A stretch of DNA of 64,000 nucleotides, from the NCBI GenBank assembly GCA_038998585.1, contig JAVZGQ010000002.1:6625-70624 (forward strand), given 5' to 3'. The notes under the pieces are model-generated. The model worked only from the letters and a program-made list of their open reading frames with translations. It was not told the origin of the DNA and ran no database searches. This DNA is from Candidatus Aenigmatarchaeota archaeon. GTDB taxonomy: Archaea > Aenigmatarchaeota > Aenigmatarchaeia > CG10238-14 > SCSR01. Each line of letters opens with the position of its first letter. The stretch's first letter is position 1. Position numbers and translations under genes: made by a program. Shown piece after piece: positions 43,956 to 53,268 of the stretch.

Positions 43956-44485
43956 TAGCTTTCACCTAGCTTACTAATAATTTCATTGTACTTCTTGTAC
44001 CAGTCAAAGCTATAGAGATCCATTCCAAGTTTTTCCGCAAGAGATTTAAGTTTTTCTACCTCACTCTTCATTTCACCCAAAAACATTATTTTTTTCTCAG
44101 GGTTTGTTTCCCTTTCAAAACTTTCCCATATTTTTTTGCAATTTTCTACCCCTGTATCAAATTTTTTCTTTTCATTTTTTTCAATTCCATAAAAATCCAT
44201 TTTTTTCAAAACGAAATTTCCAATACCATAAAAATAAATTAGTAGGAAGGCTGCCAATGCTAAAAAAGCGGCAAGATAAGGAAGCCATGTTGTAAGACCC
44301 ATATAGTATAGAGAAAATATACCAAGAGCAGAAATAATCAAAGCCAAAAGAATATTAAGCCTTTCAGTCTGTTCGCCCAGAATTTTTGATTTTTTTAATA
44401 AAATGTAAATCAAAAGGGAGAAGAACAGGAAAGGTAAAAAAAGTGAGAAGATTAAATCTTGAAAACCTAGGCCAAATATCTCCAT
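43955..44485 (-). CDS. membrane protein, same motif family (hypothetical)
   Basis: FQDLIFSLFLPFLFFSLLIYILLKKSKILGEQ then 2-3 TM and a charged tail. The stop overlaps the next gene's start by 1 nt. Confidence 0.5.
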   Translation of the reverse strand: MEIFGLGFQDLIFSLFLPFLFFSLLIYILLKKSKILGEQTERLNILLALIISALGIFSLYYMGLTTWLPYLAAFLALAAFLLIYFYGIGNFVLKKMDFYGIEKNEKKKFDTGVENCKKIWESFERETNPEKKIMFLGEMKSEVEKLKSLAEKLGMDLYSFDWYKKYNEIISKLGES

Positions 44486-44941
44486 AAAATAAATTTAGAT
44501 TCAATGAGTAATATATGCTGTTTTTGTAAAATAGAAAGACACAAGTAGTTAAATGTATGACCATTAAATGGTGGTAAAACATAAAAAATTAAACTTTTAA
44601 ACGAAAAATTGTTAGGCTCAATTAGAGTTAAAATTTCCATAGATTTTTACATTGCAAATCCCTTATCCATAGAAAAATCAGAAATTTGTGTGGTGCAAGA
44701 TATTCTAAAAGAATAAGGCTCTATCCTATTAGAAATTCAACATCACTAATAGTTACTTTTTTGACGGAAAAATAACTGGTAGTTACACTAGACCAAATAT
44801 TAAAAGTATCAATTTATTGTGTTGACGTGCCTTTGCCTCAGAATAAGGACACACATTTCTCTAATGTAATTTATTGAGCGGACTAGAAAAAATATTAAAA
44901 TGAAGGGTAGAGATTAACTATTCACAAAAAAAATTAAAAAT

Positions 44942-46150
44942 GTGTATGAGTATTTAAAGTGGTCAATTCTCTACCATTTAGATTCCATAGAAAAAATTAA
45001 GCCAGTATTAGATTATGAAATCAAACTTAAAAATAAGTCTTGTGATATTTTTAATTTTGTTATATTATATCTTATGAACGATTTTGATAAAACATTAACA
45101 ACGGAAAACAGCCTAACAGTGTTTGAAGAGTTCTACTTCAACCAGCTACCAATAGTGAATAAGAACATCAATAAAAATTTACACAAAATAGAAAAATGTA
45201 TAAAAGATATAGAAAGGTCCCCCCAAAATTTCAGTAAGCTGCACGAGAATCTGGACGAAATTTTAAGAAAGTGTGAATTAACAAAAAATCAATTTATCGA
45301 AGCTTGTATAGAAACGGGGAAAAGTAAAAACATAAAAATAGTTCCTTATGCTGCTGAAGCTATATCAGATTTGGAAAATATGAATTGTGTTGTTGGCATA
45401 AACAGTGGCTCACCGAAACTTGCTATTGAAGAAATTTCTAGGAGAAGAATTGGGATTGAAAATGAAAACATAGCTGCAACAGAATTCTACTTCGATAAGA
45501 ATAATCGATTTCTAAATTCTTGGCTAAATTTGAGTGAAAATAAAGCTAAAAGCATGGGTTATTATTTTTTTCCAAGAACGTATTGTAATCTCTCTCTATT
45601 AACAGATTTTAACAGACCCAATATATTTTATATCACTGACGACCTGTCACCTTTTGAACAACCTCTTGTAGCTAAAGTTGGTTCTGAGCTTGGAGCTGTG
45701 CTCTTTGTTGGAGAAGATTTAGAAAAATTTGTAGTGAAAAATGAGTATGTGGTAAACGCTCCTGAGTTGAGGAAAGATTTTAGAAAGATAAAACCTTATT
45801 TAACACTCTACAGAAGATCTAAAATTTTTCCATTCTTACACAAACCCGAAGAAGCAGAAGAAATAATACGACTTGCTGAAAGAATAAATTTATCAAATTA
45901 CAAAAATCCTGAAAATATTTTAGATAATATTGAAGAATTTATTTCTCTTGAATTCCTTTTCCCTAGTTTAACAACAAGAATAGAAGAAAAATGCAGAAAA
46001 TTAAGAAGAAAATTGAAAGAAGGAAATCTAAAAAAAGAAGAATTGAAAGAAATTGTGAAAATTATGAAAACCTTCGACCCAGCATTTCACATCAAGAAAA
46101 AGAGAAAAAAGGAACTTGAAGAGATTATTTTTTCATTATCATCTCTATAA
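44942..46150 (+). CDS. HAD-like phosphatase-fold protein with ~140-aa charged helical C-terminal extension (hypothetical)
   Basis: LYLMNDFDKTLT (DxDxT), VVGINSGS and FYITDDLS resemble HAD motifs I, II and IV. The true start may be the Met just before motif I (45074). Confidence 0.45.
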   Translation: MYEYLKWSILYHLDSIEKIKPVLDYEIKLKNKSCDIFNFVILYLMNDFDKTLTTENSLTVFEEFYFNQLPIVNKNINKNLHKIEKCIKDIERSPQNFSKLHENLDEILRKCELTKNQFIEACIETGKSKNIKIVPYAAEAISDLENMNCVVGINSGSPKLAIEEISRRRIGIENENIAATEFYFDKNNRFLNSWLNLSENKAKSMGYYFFPRTYCNLSLLTDFNRPNIFYITDDLSPFEQPLVAKVGSELGAVLFVGEDLEKFVVKNEYVVNAPELRKDFRKIKPYLTLYRRSKIFPFLHKPEEAEEIIRLAERINLSNYKNPENILDNIEEFISLEFLFPSLTTRIEEKCRKLRRKLKEGNLKKEELKEIVKIMKTFDPAFHIKKKRKKELEEIIFSLSSL

Positions 46151-47105
46151 ATTTCTTTCTCTTCTTTTCCATAGTTTTTTCTCTTTCTTTTATGTAATCC
46201 TCCAGCTCTATTAAAGCCGATTCGAAAAGCATCGAATAGTTTGAATCAATTTGAGATAATGGCATATTTGGTGGAACGGTTTGATCTACTTTTTTTGTTT
46301 CCTCTAGTTTTTTATAAAAATCCTCATTTTCAAGACTCATCTCTTCCAGTTTTTCAATCAACCTATCTCTTACTAATTTAGCTTTCTCATAAGGTTCAAA
46401 CCTGCTTGTTACAAGTATTCTTAATTTTTCTGCGCTTTCTTTTATTTCAGAAAAAAGCTCTGGAAGTTGTGTACCAAAGCTTAATTTTTTCTCTGGTTTA
46501 AAAATTTCAATAGAAACCGAGCCGTCCAAGTGATCTTTAATTCTGTAGTTTGTTATAATTTTATTTTCTTCCAAACTTAATCCTAAACGAGAAGCATCTT
46601 TTTCGCTGAAAACCAAAAAAAGATTCCAAGGTTCTTCAAAAATACTTAAAGATAAATAAAGTTCTACGCCCTTAAAGCCTAAAGAATTTGGTCCATAAAT
46701 AACTTCAACTTTTAAATCTTTACAGTAATGATCATCTCTTAAGATATAACCATTTTTTAAATTATCGTATAAATTCCTGAAGATGGGATTAATTCCGACC
46801 ATCCCCTCTTTAATATTTCCAATAAGGATTAATTTCCTCGATGTTTTTTCGAAAATTTTCTTTAGAGGGTTTTTTAAATTTTTTATAATTGTGTCGTATT
46901 CTATTCCCGGGAAAACCCTCTTGAAACCCAAGCTTCTTAAAAAAATATTTTGATAAATAGCTTGGACATAAATATCTATTTCTTCTACGGAACTTGGTGC
47001 TCCATCATACTTAAAGAGCTTTTCTAGAGCTTGTTCCGGTGTGTCATAATAATCTGCTACGATTTCAAGTATTTCACATATTTTTTCAAAATGTTTTGAA
47101 CTCAT
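46125..47105 (-). CDS. hypothetical protein
   Basis: 326-aa ORF, convergent and overlapping 26 nt with the preceding gene. No family recognised. Confidence 0.4.
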   Translation of the reverse strand: MSSKHFEKICEILEIVADYYDTPEQALEKLFKYDGAPSSVEEIDIYVQAIYQNIFLRSLGFKRVFPGIEYDTIIKNLKNPLKKIFEKTSRKLILIGNIKEGMVGINPIFRNLYDNLKNGYILRDDHYCKDLKVEVIYGPNSLGFKGVELYLSLSIFEEPWNLFLVFSEKDASRLGLSLEENKIITNYRIKDHLDGSVSIEIFKPEKKLSFGTQLPELFSEIKESAEKLRILVTSRFEPYEKAKLVRDRLIEKLEEMSLENEDFYKKLEETKKVDQTVPPNMPLSQIDSNYSMLFESALIELEDYIKEREKTMEKKRKKFIEMIMKK

Positions 47106-47158
47106 AATTAAAAATCATATCTAATATACCTAAATAATTAAATACAAAAATATTAATT

Positions 47159-47995
47159 ATGAAAATGCATTTTTTGTTTTTATTATCAGCAATAGTTTTT
47201 CTATCTGGGTGTATTTATCAAACCGAAACTCAAAAAGTTTCTAATGTAGGTTTAAGTACAGCCCTCACTATCAGCACAAAACAAGTAAAAGCTTCATCGC
47301 CTGTGACTTTTATTCTGAATATCAAAAATCTCGCTTCTGAAGTAGCAGAAGGTATAAAAGTTCAGCTTTTGAATTTAAATGAATGGAGAATAGAAAACGA
47401 ATTACAAGAACTTAAAGAGCTTTTACCTAATGACATATATAAATTCTCTTGGATAGCTTATGCCCCACAACAAAGTAAAAATTTCACACCAACAGCAAAT
47501 ATCTTTTACTTTATGAAAACAAAGTCAGATATAAAATTGAGAGTTTATAACAACGACTACTTAAATACTTTGAGTCATGAAGAAAGAAACAAAATTAAAG
47601 AAAAATCTGCTATATTGTTTTCAACAATAAGTAAAAACACACCAGTATTGATAGAAATACACCTCCAACAACCATTTATATTGACTCAAAAGACGGAAAA
47701 GTTTCCTTTTGTGTTGGAGATAAAAAATGTCGGTTTGGGTGAAGTTTACAAAAACAATAGCAAGTATCCGCCAACAGAAAGAGATAAAGACTATGTTACA
47801 TTTAGCTATTCTAGCAATTCAACTTTGGAGTGTGATTCTTCAAACGGTGAAATAGTAAAACTTGCTAACGGTGCCAAGAGTATTGTTTGTAGGGTCGTAG
47901 CATCCCAAATCGACAAATATTCTGACTTTTCAATTAATTTTACAGTAAGTTACGCATATCTTGATAAAACTAAAACAGAAATTAAGGTCGTCTAA
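47159..47995 (+). CDS. putative lipoprotein or surface protein with CARDB-like beta domains
   Basis: Signal peptide with lipobox-like FLSGC. SSPVTFILNIKNLASEVAEGIKVQLLN and FPFVLEIKNVGLGEV are CARDB-like. Confidence 0.5.
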   Translation: MKMHFLFLLSAIVFLSGCIYQTETQKVSNVGLSTALTISTKQVKASSPVTFILNIKNLASEVAEGIKVQLLNLNEWRIENELQELKELLPNDIYKFSWIAYAPQQSKNFTPTANIFYFMKTKSDIKLRVYNNDYLNTLSHEERNKIKEKSAILFSTISKNTPVLIEIHLQQPFILTQKTEKFPFVLEIKNVGLGEVYKNNSKYPPTERDKDYVTFSYSSNSTLECDSSNGEIVKLANGAKSIVCRVVASQIDKYSDFSINFTVSYAYLDKTKTEIKVV

Positions 47996-48034
47996 ACTAT
48001 TTCTAAATTAATGATTAAATTAAAATTGTAGATA

Positions 48035-49939
48035 TTGATGACGAGCAATATAAGAAAGAGAAAGATTGAAGAACTTGATTTAGTATATTCTGCTGCTGGT
48101 GATTTTTTAAGATCTGTAGAAAAAACAAATGAAATTAAAGATATTGGAAAACAAAAAGCTGAAAAAATATATGAAACAATGAAAAAAACAATTTTTTCGA
48201 CTAATTTCACTAAATCAAGAAAAAAAATCATACAAGTTTTTTTAGCTTTTATAATTCCTATATTAATCTTCTTTCCTATCCAAATTAGAGAAATAATTTT
48301 ACCTATAGCTATAATTTTAATCACAATTACGGCTATTTTATTTTTTTTAAAAATATTGTTTCTGGAAGAAATTGTCGTTGGTTGTATTTTAATTATTTTT
48401 TTATTATCTTTAACCTTTTTTATCAACTGCGGTTCTCAAGAATGTTTTTGGGTAATATCCACTAGATTTGGTACCTTAGTTGCATTATTAGCATTCCTTC
48501 TCACTCTAATAGTTTTTATAACTGTGGCTTTATTAACTACACCTTTTAAATTTGCTTTAATTTCATGTATCATAACAATCTTGATAATGTTAATTATTAT
48601 TCCTATTATAAGCCCCAAATCATACTACAGTTTCTGTAAAAAGATTCCATTTATTTATGGTACATTTTTGTGTAGATCTAAAGAGATAAGAATAGATCCA
48701 ATTAAAACAGTTAAGATTCCTGTAAGTGGTGGTATAAGCGTAAATATAGAAACACCTGAAACAATGTATGCTGGTGAGCCATATGAATTTACATATACGG
48801 TAAAAAACAACTACGAGTCGGACATATATTTTGATGTTCAGGTCGGTATGCTTAGTTCTTATGGATCTGGTGTTGTTTTTTCTCATCCCTACAAAGTAAG
48901 AAAAAGCACTTTATCTTCAAAAGCATATTATCAGGATACAGTATATATCGACCCAGAAAAGTTAACAGTGGTAGAAGACACCTGTCCATATAATACTCTA
49001 TATTTGGGTTTGGCCAAAGGTATGAACAAAATAACTGAAATGGAAGAAAAAATAGAGTGTTCTAAGGAAAAAAAGTGTAAAGATCCTAAATCAGCTTGTG
49101 TAAAGATAGATTTTTTTGAATGCAAATGTGTAGATTGGGTGGAATTAACTTGCTCAAAAAACGATATAAAAGTTAAGATGACTGTCGAGCATGATGGTGT
49201 TTTTATAGGTAATGGTAGTTTATATTATTCAGAAACAATAACATCTCCTGCACGATCAACAGAACTTGTCCAAGGGCCTTTAAGCGTAATAATTGAGTTC
49301 TTGCCAAATCCTTACATAGCATCTATTCATCAATATATAGAAGATGTAAGTGTTTATGTTACACTCAAGAACCAAGGTGGTACTATAAAAATTAAAGATT
49401 TTAAACTTGAACCTATTGATACAGTTATTCACACAATCAACAAGGAGAATGGGGTTGAACTTATAGAAGAGATTGGTGTGGATGTGATAAGCTGTAGGGA
49501 TATTACAGAAATCGTGCCTGAAGGTATAATGAGCTATGGTTCTGAAGTAGGCGGTAAGATATGCTCAGTTACACCCCCTTTTGTAAAAACTACTATTAAG
49601 GATTTGGAGAAAAATACAATAGTAGAATTAAACAATGTAACATTTAGCGGCTTAAAGTACTTTTGTGAGAAGGAAACTCCAAATTATTTGAATCAAAATG
49701 AATCGAAATTAAATTGGAGTAAATATTGGGATAAAATTTATGAGCTTGTTGGTGAAAGTGGTTTATGTGAGATTTTAAAAAAGAAGGAAGGTGATAATGA
49801 TAAAATAATAGTAAGCAATGCTTTGAAACATGTTGATGTAGAACTAACAATAACTTATGAAAGAACTGGTGATTATTACTCTAAAAATATTGTGCCATAT
49901 ACAAGAACAGAAAAATGTATAGAAAGATTAAACCAATAA
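48035..49939 (+). CDS. large membrane protein with extracytoplasmic beta-rich, Cys-containing domain (hypothetical)
   Basis: About 5 N-terminal TM helices, then a ~420-aa region with the CARDB-like AGEPYEFTYTVKNNYESDIYFDVQVG. Confidence 0.5.
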   Translation: MMTSNIRKRKIEELDLVYSAAGDFLRSVEKTNEIKDIGKQKAEKIYETMKKTIFSTNFTKSRKKIIQVFLAFIIPILIFFPIQIREIILPIAIILITITAILFFLKILFLEEIVVGCILIIFLLSLTFFINCGSQECFWVISTRFGTLVALLAFLLTLIVFITVALLTTPFKFALISCIITILIMLIIIPIISPKSYYSFCKKIPFIYGTFLCRSKEIRIDPIKTVKIPVSGGISVNIETPETMYAGEPYEFTYTVKNNYESDIYFDVQVGMLSSYGSGVVFSHPYKVRKSTLSSKAYYQDTVYIDPEKLTVVEDTCPYNTLYLGLAKGMNKITEMEEKIECSKEKKCKDPKSACVKIDFFECKCVDWVELTCSKNDIKVKMTVEHDGVFIGNGSLYYSETITSPARSTELVQGPLSVIIEFLPNPYIASIHQYIEDVSVYVTLKNQGGTIKIKDFKLEPIDTVIHTINKENGVELIEEIGVDVISCRDITEIVPEGIMSYGSEVGGKICSVTPPFVKTTIKDLEKNTIVELNNVTFSGLKYFCEKETPNYLNQNESKLNWSKYWDKIYELVGESGLCEILKKKEGDNDKIIVSNALKHVDVELTITYERTGDYYSKNIVPYTRTEKCIERLNQ

Positions 49940-49982
49940 ATTATCTATATAGTTCTAAATATCTCATATTTTATTCTTATTG

Positions 49983-50279
49983 TTATGGTAATAATTTTTT
50001 ACACAAATTATATCTACAATCAAAATCGGATGAACATGACTCGAAACTATCTTGGCCTATTATCGTGAAAAATCTTTTACAACCTGCAACATCGGCTCTT
50101 GCCCAGAATTTCTCTTCACCACTGCATGCTGAAATAAGATAAGTTCTACAAGTAGATTCGTCACCTCCACTCAAGAATGGTAAAAATCCTTTAGACCATA
50201 AAAAGTAAATTATAATTCCAGCTACTATTATAGCCAGAATTATACCGATCATCACAGGTGCATCTAAGCCTTTCCCCAT
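49983..50279 (-). CDS. prepilin-like protein (class III signal), 6 Cys
   Basis: MGKG/LDAPVMIGIILAIIVAGIIIYFLW N-terminus. Last gene of the pilus-like operon. Confidence 0.55.
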   Translation of the reverse strand: MGKGLDAPVMIGIILAIIVAGIIIYFLWSKGFLPFLSGGDESTCRTYLISACSGEEKFWARADVAGCKRFFTIIGQDSFESCSSDFDCRYNLCKKLLP

Positions 50280-50308
50280 AATGTATATTTTTATTTTTAT
50301 ATTTAAAT

Positions 50309-51202
50309 CTAAGATTCTTTCAAACAGATTGTGTTATTAAAACACATTCTATCATTACAGTCTATATAACCATCGCAATTATTGTCTATATTGTCATCAC
50401 ATATTTCTGTGGGCTTGCTTTTTCTCCACTGCCATGTAGAGCCGTCATAAGTGCAGTGATAAATATTTCCTTGACAACCAACCGACTCACAAGCATATTC
50501 GCTATCACAAATATAAGAAACGCCATCAGCACACCCACTTGAATAACAAGAATAATGTATTATCTCTGCTGGTCCACAAACTTCTGTAGAACAAACATTC
50601 AAGTACCCACAACAATATTTTCGATCTCTATAAAAATAGTATGCGCAAGAATCACAATTACTCAAATCATAATAAAAATCTTTACATGGATTGTAATAAC
50701 ACTCGTAATTTGACAAAATATATTCGGTGCAAACCCATATTGTTGTGTTAACATTTTCAAAAATTTTGAATTTCAGATCTTTAGACTCATGTTTATATTC
50801 CATAAAACTAGGTGATTCGAAGCTCATTAGAATTTGGTTCTCATAAAAAGATAATTTAACAGTCCCTTTTGGGATTATCACACCAGTCTTCCTTTCTATT
50901 TCACTCACATAATCATCAAAAATCAATAATATATTTTTACTAAATTCCTCATTTGAGCGAACATCTAGAAAACTTTCATATCCCCCCTCTCTCAAAGCTT
51001 CTTTAAATGAGTAGTAGAGTGCAAACGGCAATCCCCTATTTATCATACCCACCCTATCAACTGCATTCAAGTAATCAACTTCTTTTGCAATAGACTCTTT
51101 TGCTATTCTCTCTTCTATAAAAGTGTTTAAAAAAACTGCTTCACCAATAATTAAAGCAATTGCCACACAAAGGCCTATCACAAAGGGAGCTATACCTTTC
51201 AT
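50309..51202 (-). CDS. prepilin-like protein with very Cys-rich C-terminal domain
   Basis: MKG/IAPFVIGLCVAIALIIGEAVFL. The C-terminal ~130 aa contain about 30 Cys, including EICDDNIDNNCDGYIDCNDRMC. Confidence 0.55.
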   Translation of the reverse strand: MKGIAPFVIGLCVAIALIIGEAVFLNTFIEERIAKESIAKEVDYLNAVDRVGMINRGLPFALYYSFKEALREGGYESFLDVRSNEEFSKNILLIFDDYVSEIERKTGVIIPKGTVKLSFYENQILMSFESPSFMEYKHESKDLKFKIFENVNTTIWVCTEYILSNYECYYNPCKDFYYDLSNCDSCAYYFYRDRKYCCGYLNVCSTEVCGPAEIIHYSCYSSGCADGVSYICDSEYACESVGCQGNIYHCTYDGSTWQWRKSKPTEICDDNIDNNCDGYIDCNDRMCFNNTICLKES

Positions 51203-51571
51203 TTATTCACCTAAGCTAATTTCTTTAACAAGACTACCGTATTTAGACTTTTGATCGTATGGGACGAAAATATATATGGTCTTATGTCTTTTTTCTATCC
51301 CAAACTTATTTTGCATTAATTTAAAATTTCCTAAAAATTCTTGAATAACTTGTGTATCATCCTCTGCTAGATATTTATAATAAGGATTGTGGTCATACTT
51401 ATAAGAAATTAGAGAGAGAGTAAGCAAATCGACTGCATTTGAATCGTATATATCTGTAAGTATAATGCTCAGGTGGATCTTCATGGTCAAAATAGGTATC
51501 ACCAACATAATAAATGTGGTCACACTAATTATTCCTAATATTCCTATGGCTAGTGGAATTATGGCTTTCAT
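51203..51571 (-). CDS. prepilin-like protein
   Basis: MKA/IIPLAIGILGIISVTTFIMLV. Abuts the next gene (51202/51203). Confidence 0.5.
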   Translation of the reverse strand: MKAIIPLAIGILGIISVTTFIMLVIPILTMKIHLSIILTDIYDSNAVDLLTLSLISYKYDHNPYYKYLAEDDTQVIQEFLGNFKLMQNKFGIEKRHKTIYIFVPYDQKSKYGSLVKEISLGE

Positions 51572-52278
51572 ATTCCAACCACCAAGACAAATATTCTGCC
51601 AATATGCAATTCTCCATTTGTATATCTTATTAAAATTGGTAAACCATTGTTAACTGGGGCCCCTTTTGTATAAAAAATAGATATACCAGTAGATTCTTGT
51701 GAATATTTGACACATTTTTCTAAATCTTGATGATACCAACCAAATATTGCTCTCATTGGTTTAAAATTTTCTATCATACATGTAAAGAATTTTGAAGTTG
51801 AAAATCCCTCTAAAGATATTGGAGCCGAAAGATAGGCAAACCACCCATCACAAAAAGAATTTTCACACTCACCATAAGAAAATAAACAGTCTGGATTGCA
51901 AGATTCCAAATCAACCACACTAACAATATTAATAGAGTTAGGATATCCTATACCTATATCTACTTGAATTGGATAATCATTTTTTACAAAAAATGTATCA
52001 AGTTTATTCGCATCTAATATACCTCTATAAATTTTTCCGTTTGATTCGTAGCAAAGCTTATCTGAAGATATAAGGATATTTGCTAGATTGAGTGATTTCC
52101 TTTCTATAGATATTTGGTCACTAATTACATGAACCTCAAAAATTCTCGATATAAAAATCCATAAAAGAAGTGCAATTATTCCAAAAAGTAAAAGACCCTC
52201 TAAAATCGCACTTAAAGTTATGGTTAACCCTTTATTCTTTCTTAGCATGAAGTTCATATTCAAATTCATCACCAACAA
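51568..52278 (-). CDS. prepilin-like protein, Cys-containing
   Basis: RKNKG/LTITLSAILEGLLLFGIIALLLWIF. The true start is probably the Met at about 52248. Confidence 0.5.
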   Translation of the reverse strand: MLVMNLNMNFMLRKNKGLTITLSAILEGLLLFGIIALLLWIFISRIFEVHVISDQISIERKSLNLANILISSDKLCYESNGKIYRGILDANKLDTFFVKNDYPIQVDIGIGYPNSINIVSVVDLESCNPDCLFSYGECENSFCDGWFAYLSAPISLEGFSTSKFFTCMIENFKPMRAIFGWYHQDLEKCVKYSQESTGISIFYTKGAPVNNGLPILIRYTNGELHIGRIFVLVVGI

Positions 52279-52660
52279 TTCTTTTGATTATGGTGAATGA
52301 GTTAACATTAGAAAAACTATAGTCTGAAAAATTAGTTGCAAATGGTTGCACACTTGAAGACTTTTCTGCGTATGGTACATCAAAATTTGGTTTAATTTTC
52401 AATAATCTTGATTTAATTTGTATGTTATAAGTAATATCTTTTGTAGGAGTATAGATAATCTCAGAAAAATATGAAGAACCCGAAACTGTCATTAGATTTG
52501 AAAGTTGTGTTGCAACATTAAACGCAGAAGCTTCTGAGAATATTTGTGTAATAAAATTAAAGATTTCTTTAGAAGCCCAAATGAAAAGTGCAACTGTAGT
52601 TAGCATCACTACTACTATTCCTATTATCGAAGTTTCTGCTCCAGCTTTCATTTTACTCAC
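52232..52660 (-). CDS. prepilin-like protein
   Basis: MSKMKAG/AETSIIGIVVVMLTTVALFIWA. Confidence 0.5.
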   Translation of the reverse strand: MSKMKAGAETSIIGIVVVMLTTVALFIWASKEIFNFITQIFSEASAFNVATQLSNLMTVSGSSYFSEIIYTPTKDITYNIQIKSRLLKIKPNFDVPYAEKSSSVQPFATNFSDYSFSNVNSFTIIKRIVGDEFEYELHAKKE

Positions 52661-52947
52661 CTTAAAATTTCATCACACTCATATTTACTCGGTTCATATA
52701 CGCCAAATTTGGCACAATCGTTTCCTTTTGGTGGGATTTGGGACCAGTTTGGCTTGTCTTCGGTTTTATAATTCTTGATCCTCCAATCCATACAGAAATT
52801 GTATTGTTTTGTCTTACAAGACCTTTCAGAAATACTGCCTGGACCCATCTCTACCCACTTCCAGAAGATTAATAAAGAAGTTGTGGTAACCAAAGCTATG
52901 AAAACTAGAAGAAAAATTGTGTTGGTTGTTATTCCCTTGAATTTCAT
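52657..52947 (-). CDS. small prepilin-like protein, 4 conserved Cys (paralog of 52985-53260)
   Basis: MKFKG/ITTNTIFLLVFIALVTTTSLLIFW, then C..KQYNFC...GNDC...YEC. Confidence 0.55.
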   Translation of the reverse strand: MKFKGITTNTIFLLVFIALVTTTSLLIFWKWVEMGPGSISERSCKTKQYNFCMDWRIKNYKTEDKPNWSQIPPKGNDCAKFGVYEPSKYECDEILR

Positions 52948-52984
52948 TTATTTAATTTATCTTGAATTGAAAATAAATATAAAT

Positions 52985-53260
52985 CTAAACTCCTGAATTT
53001 AATAGATTTTTACATTCTTGTTCAGTTGGTTTGATAAACCCAAGAATTTCACACCCGCTCTTAGGATTCATTTCTTCCCACTTAACATCTTCTCTATTCG
53101 ATAAAGCAATACAATAGTTTATCTGCTTGTTTTTACAACTCATCTCATTGGCTAAAATGTTTTGAATATTTAACCATCTCCAAAAGATTAATGAGGAAAT
53201 AAAAACGAGCAGAGTTATTGTAATAAAAATAAAAACTGCATTTGATGACACTCCTCTCAT
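52985..53260 (-). CDS. small prepilin-like protein, 4 conserved Cys (paralog of 52657-52947)
   Basis: MRG/VSSNAVFIFITITLLVFISSLIFW, then C.NKQINYC...SGC...QEC. Confidence 0.55.
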   Translation of the reverse strand: MRGVSSNAVFIFITITLLVFISSLIFWRWLNIQNILANEMSCKNKQINYCIALSNREDVKWEEMNPKSGCEILGFIKPTEQECKNLLNSGV

Positions 53261-53268
53261 CCTATCCT

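Noticed and set aside
44486-44941. This is the largest non-coding gap (456 bp). I examined it for an ncRNA, CRISPR leader or repeat, or gene remnant.
   Set aside because: I could find no repeats, no conserved RNA motifs (no tRNA-like arms, no C/D boxes with proper spacing) and no ORF over ~20 codons. It is probably promoter or spacer DNA. A covariance-model scan would be needed to be sure.
47992-48426. A 144-aa minus-strand ORF overlaps the start of the 634-aa membrane protein gene.
   Set aside because: The product is an Ile/Lys/Phe low-complexity translation of the antisense of TM-helix codons. The plus-strand ORF is far longer and coherent.
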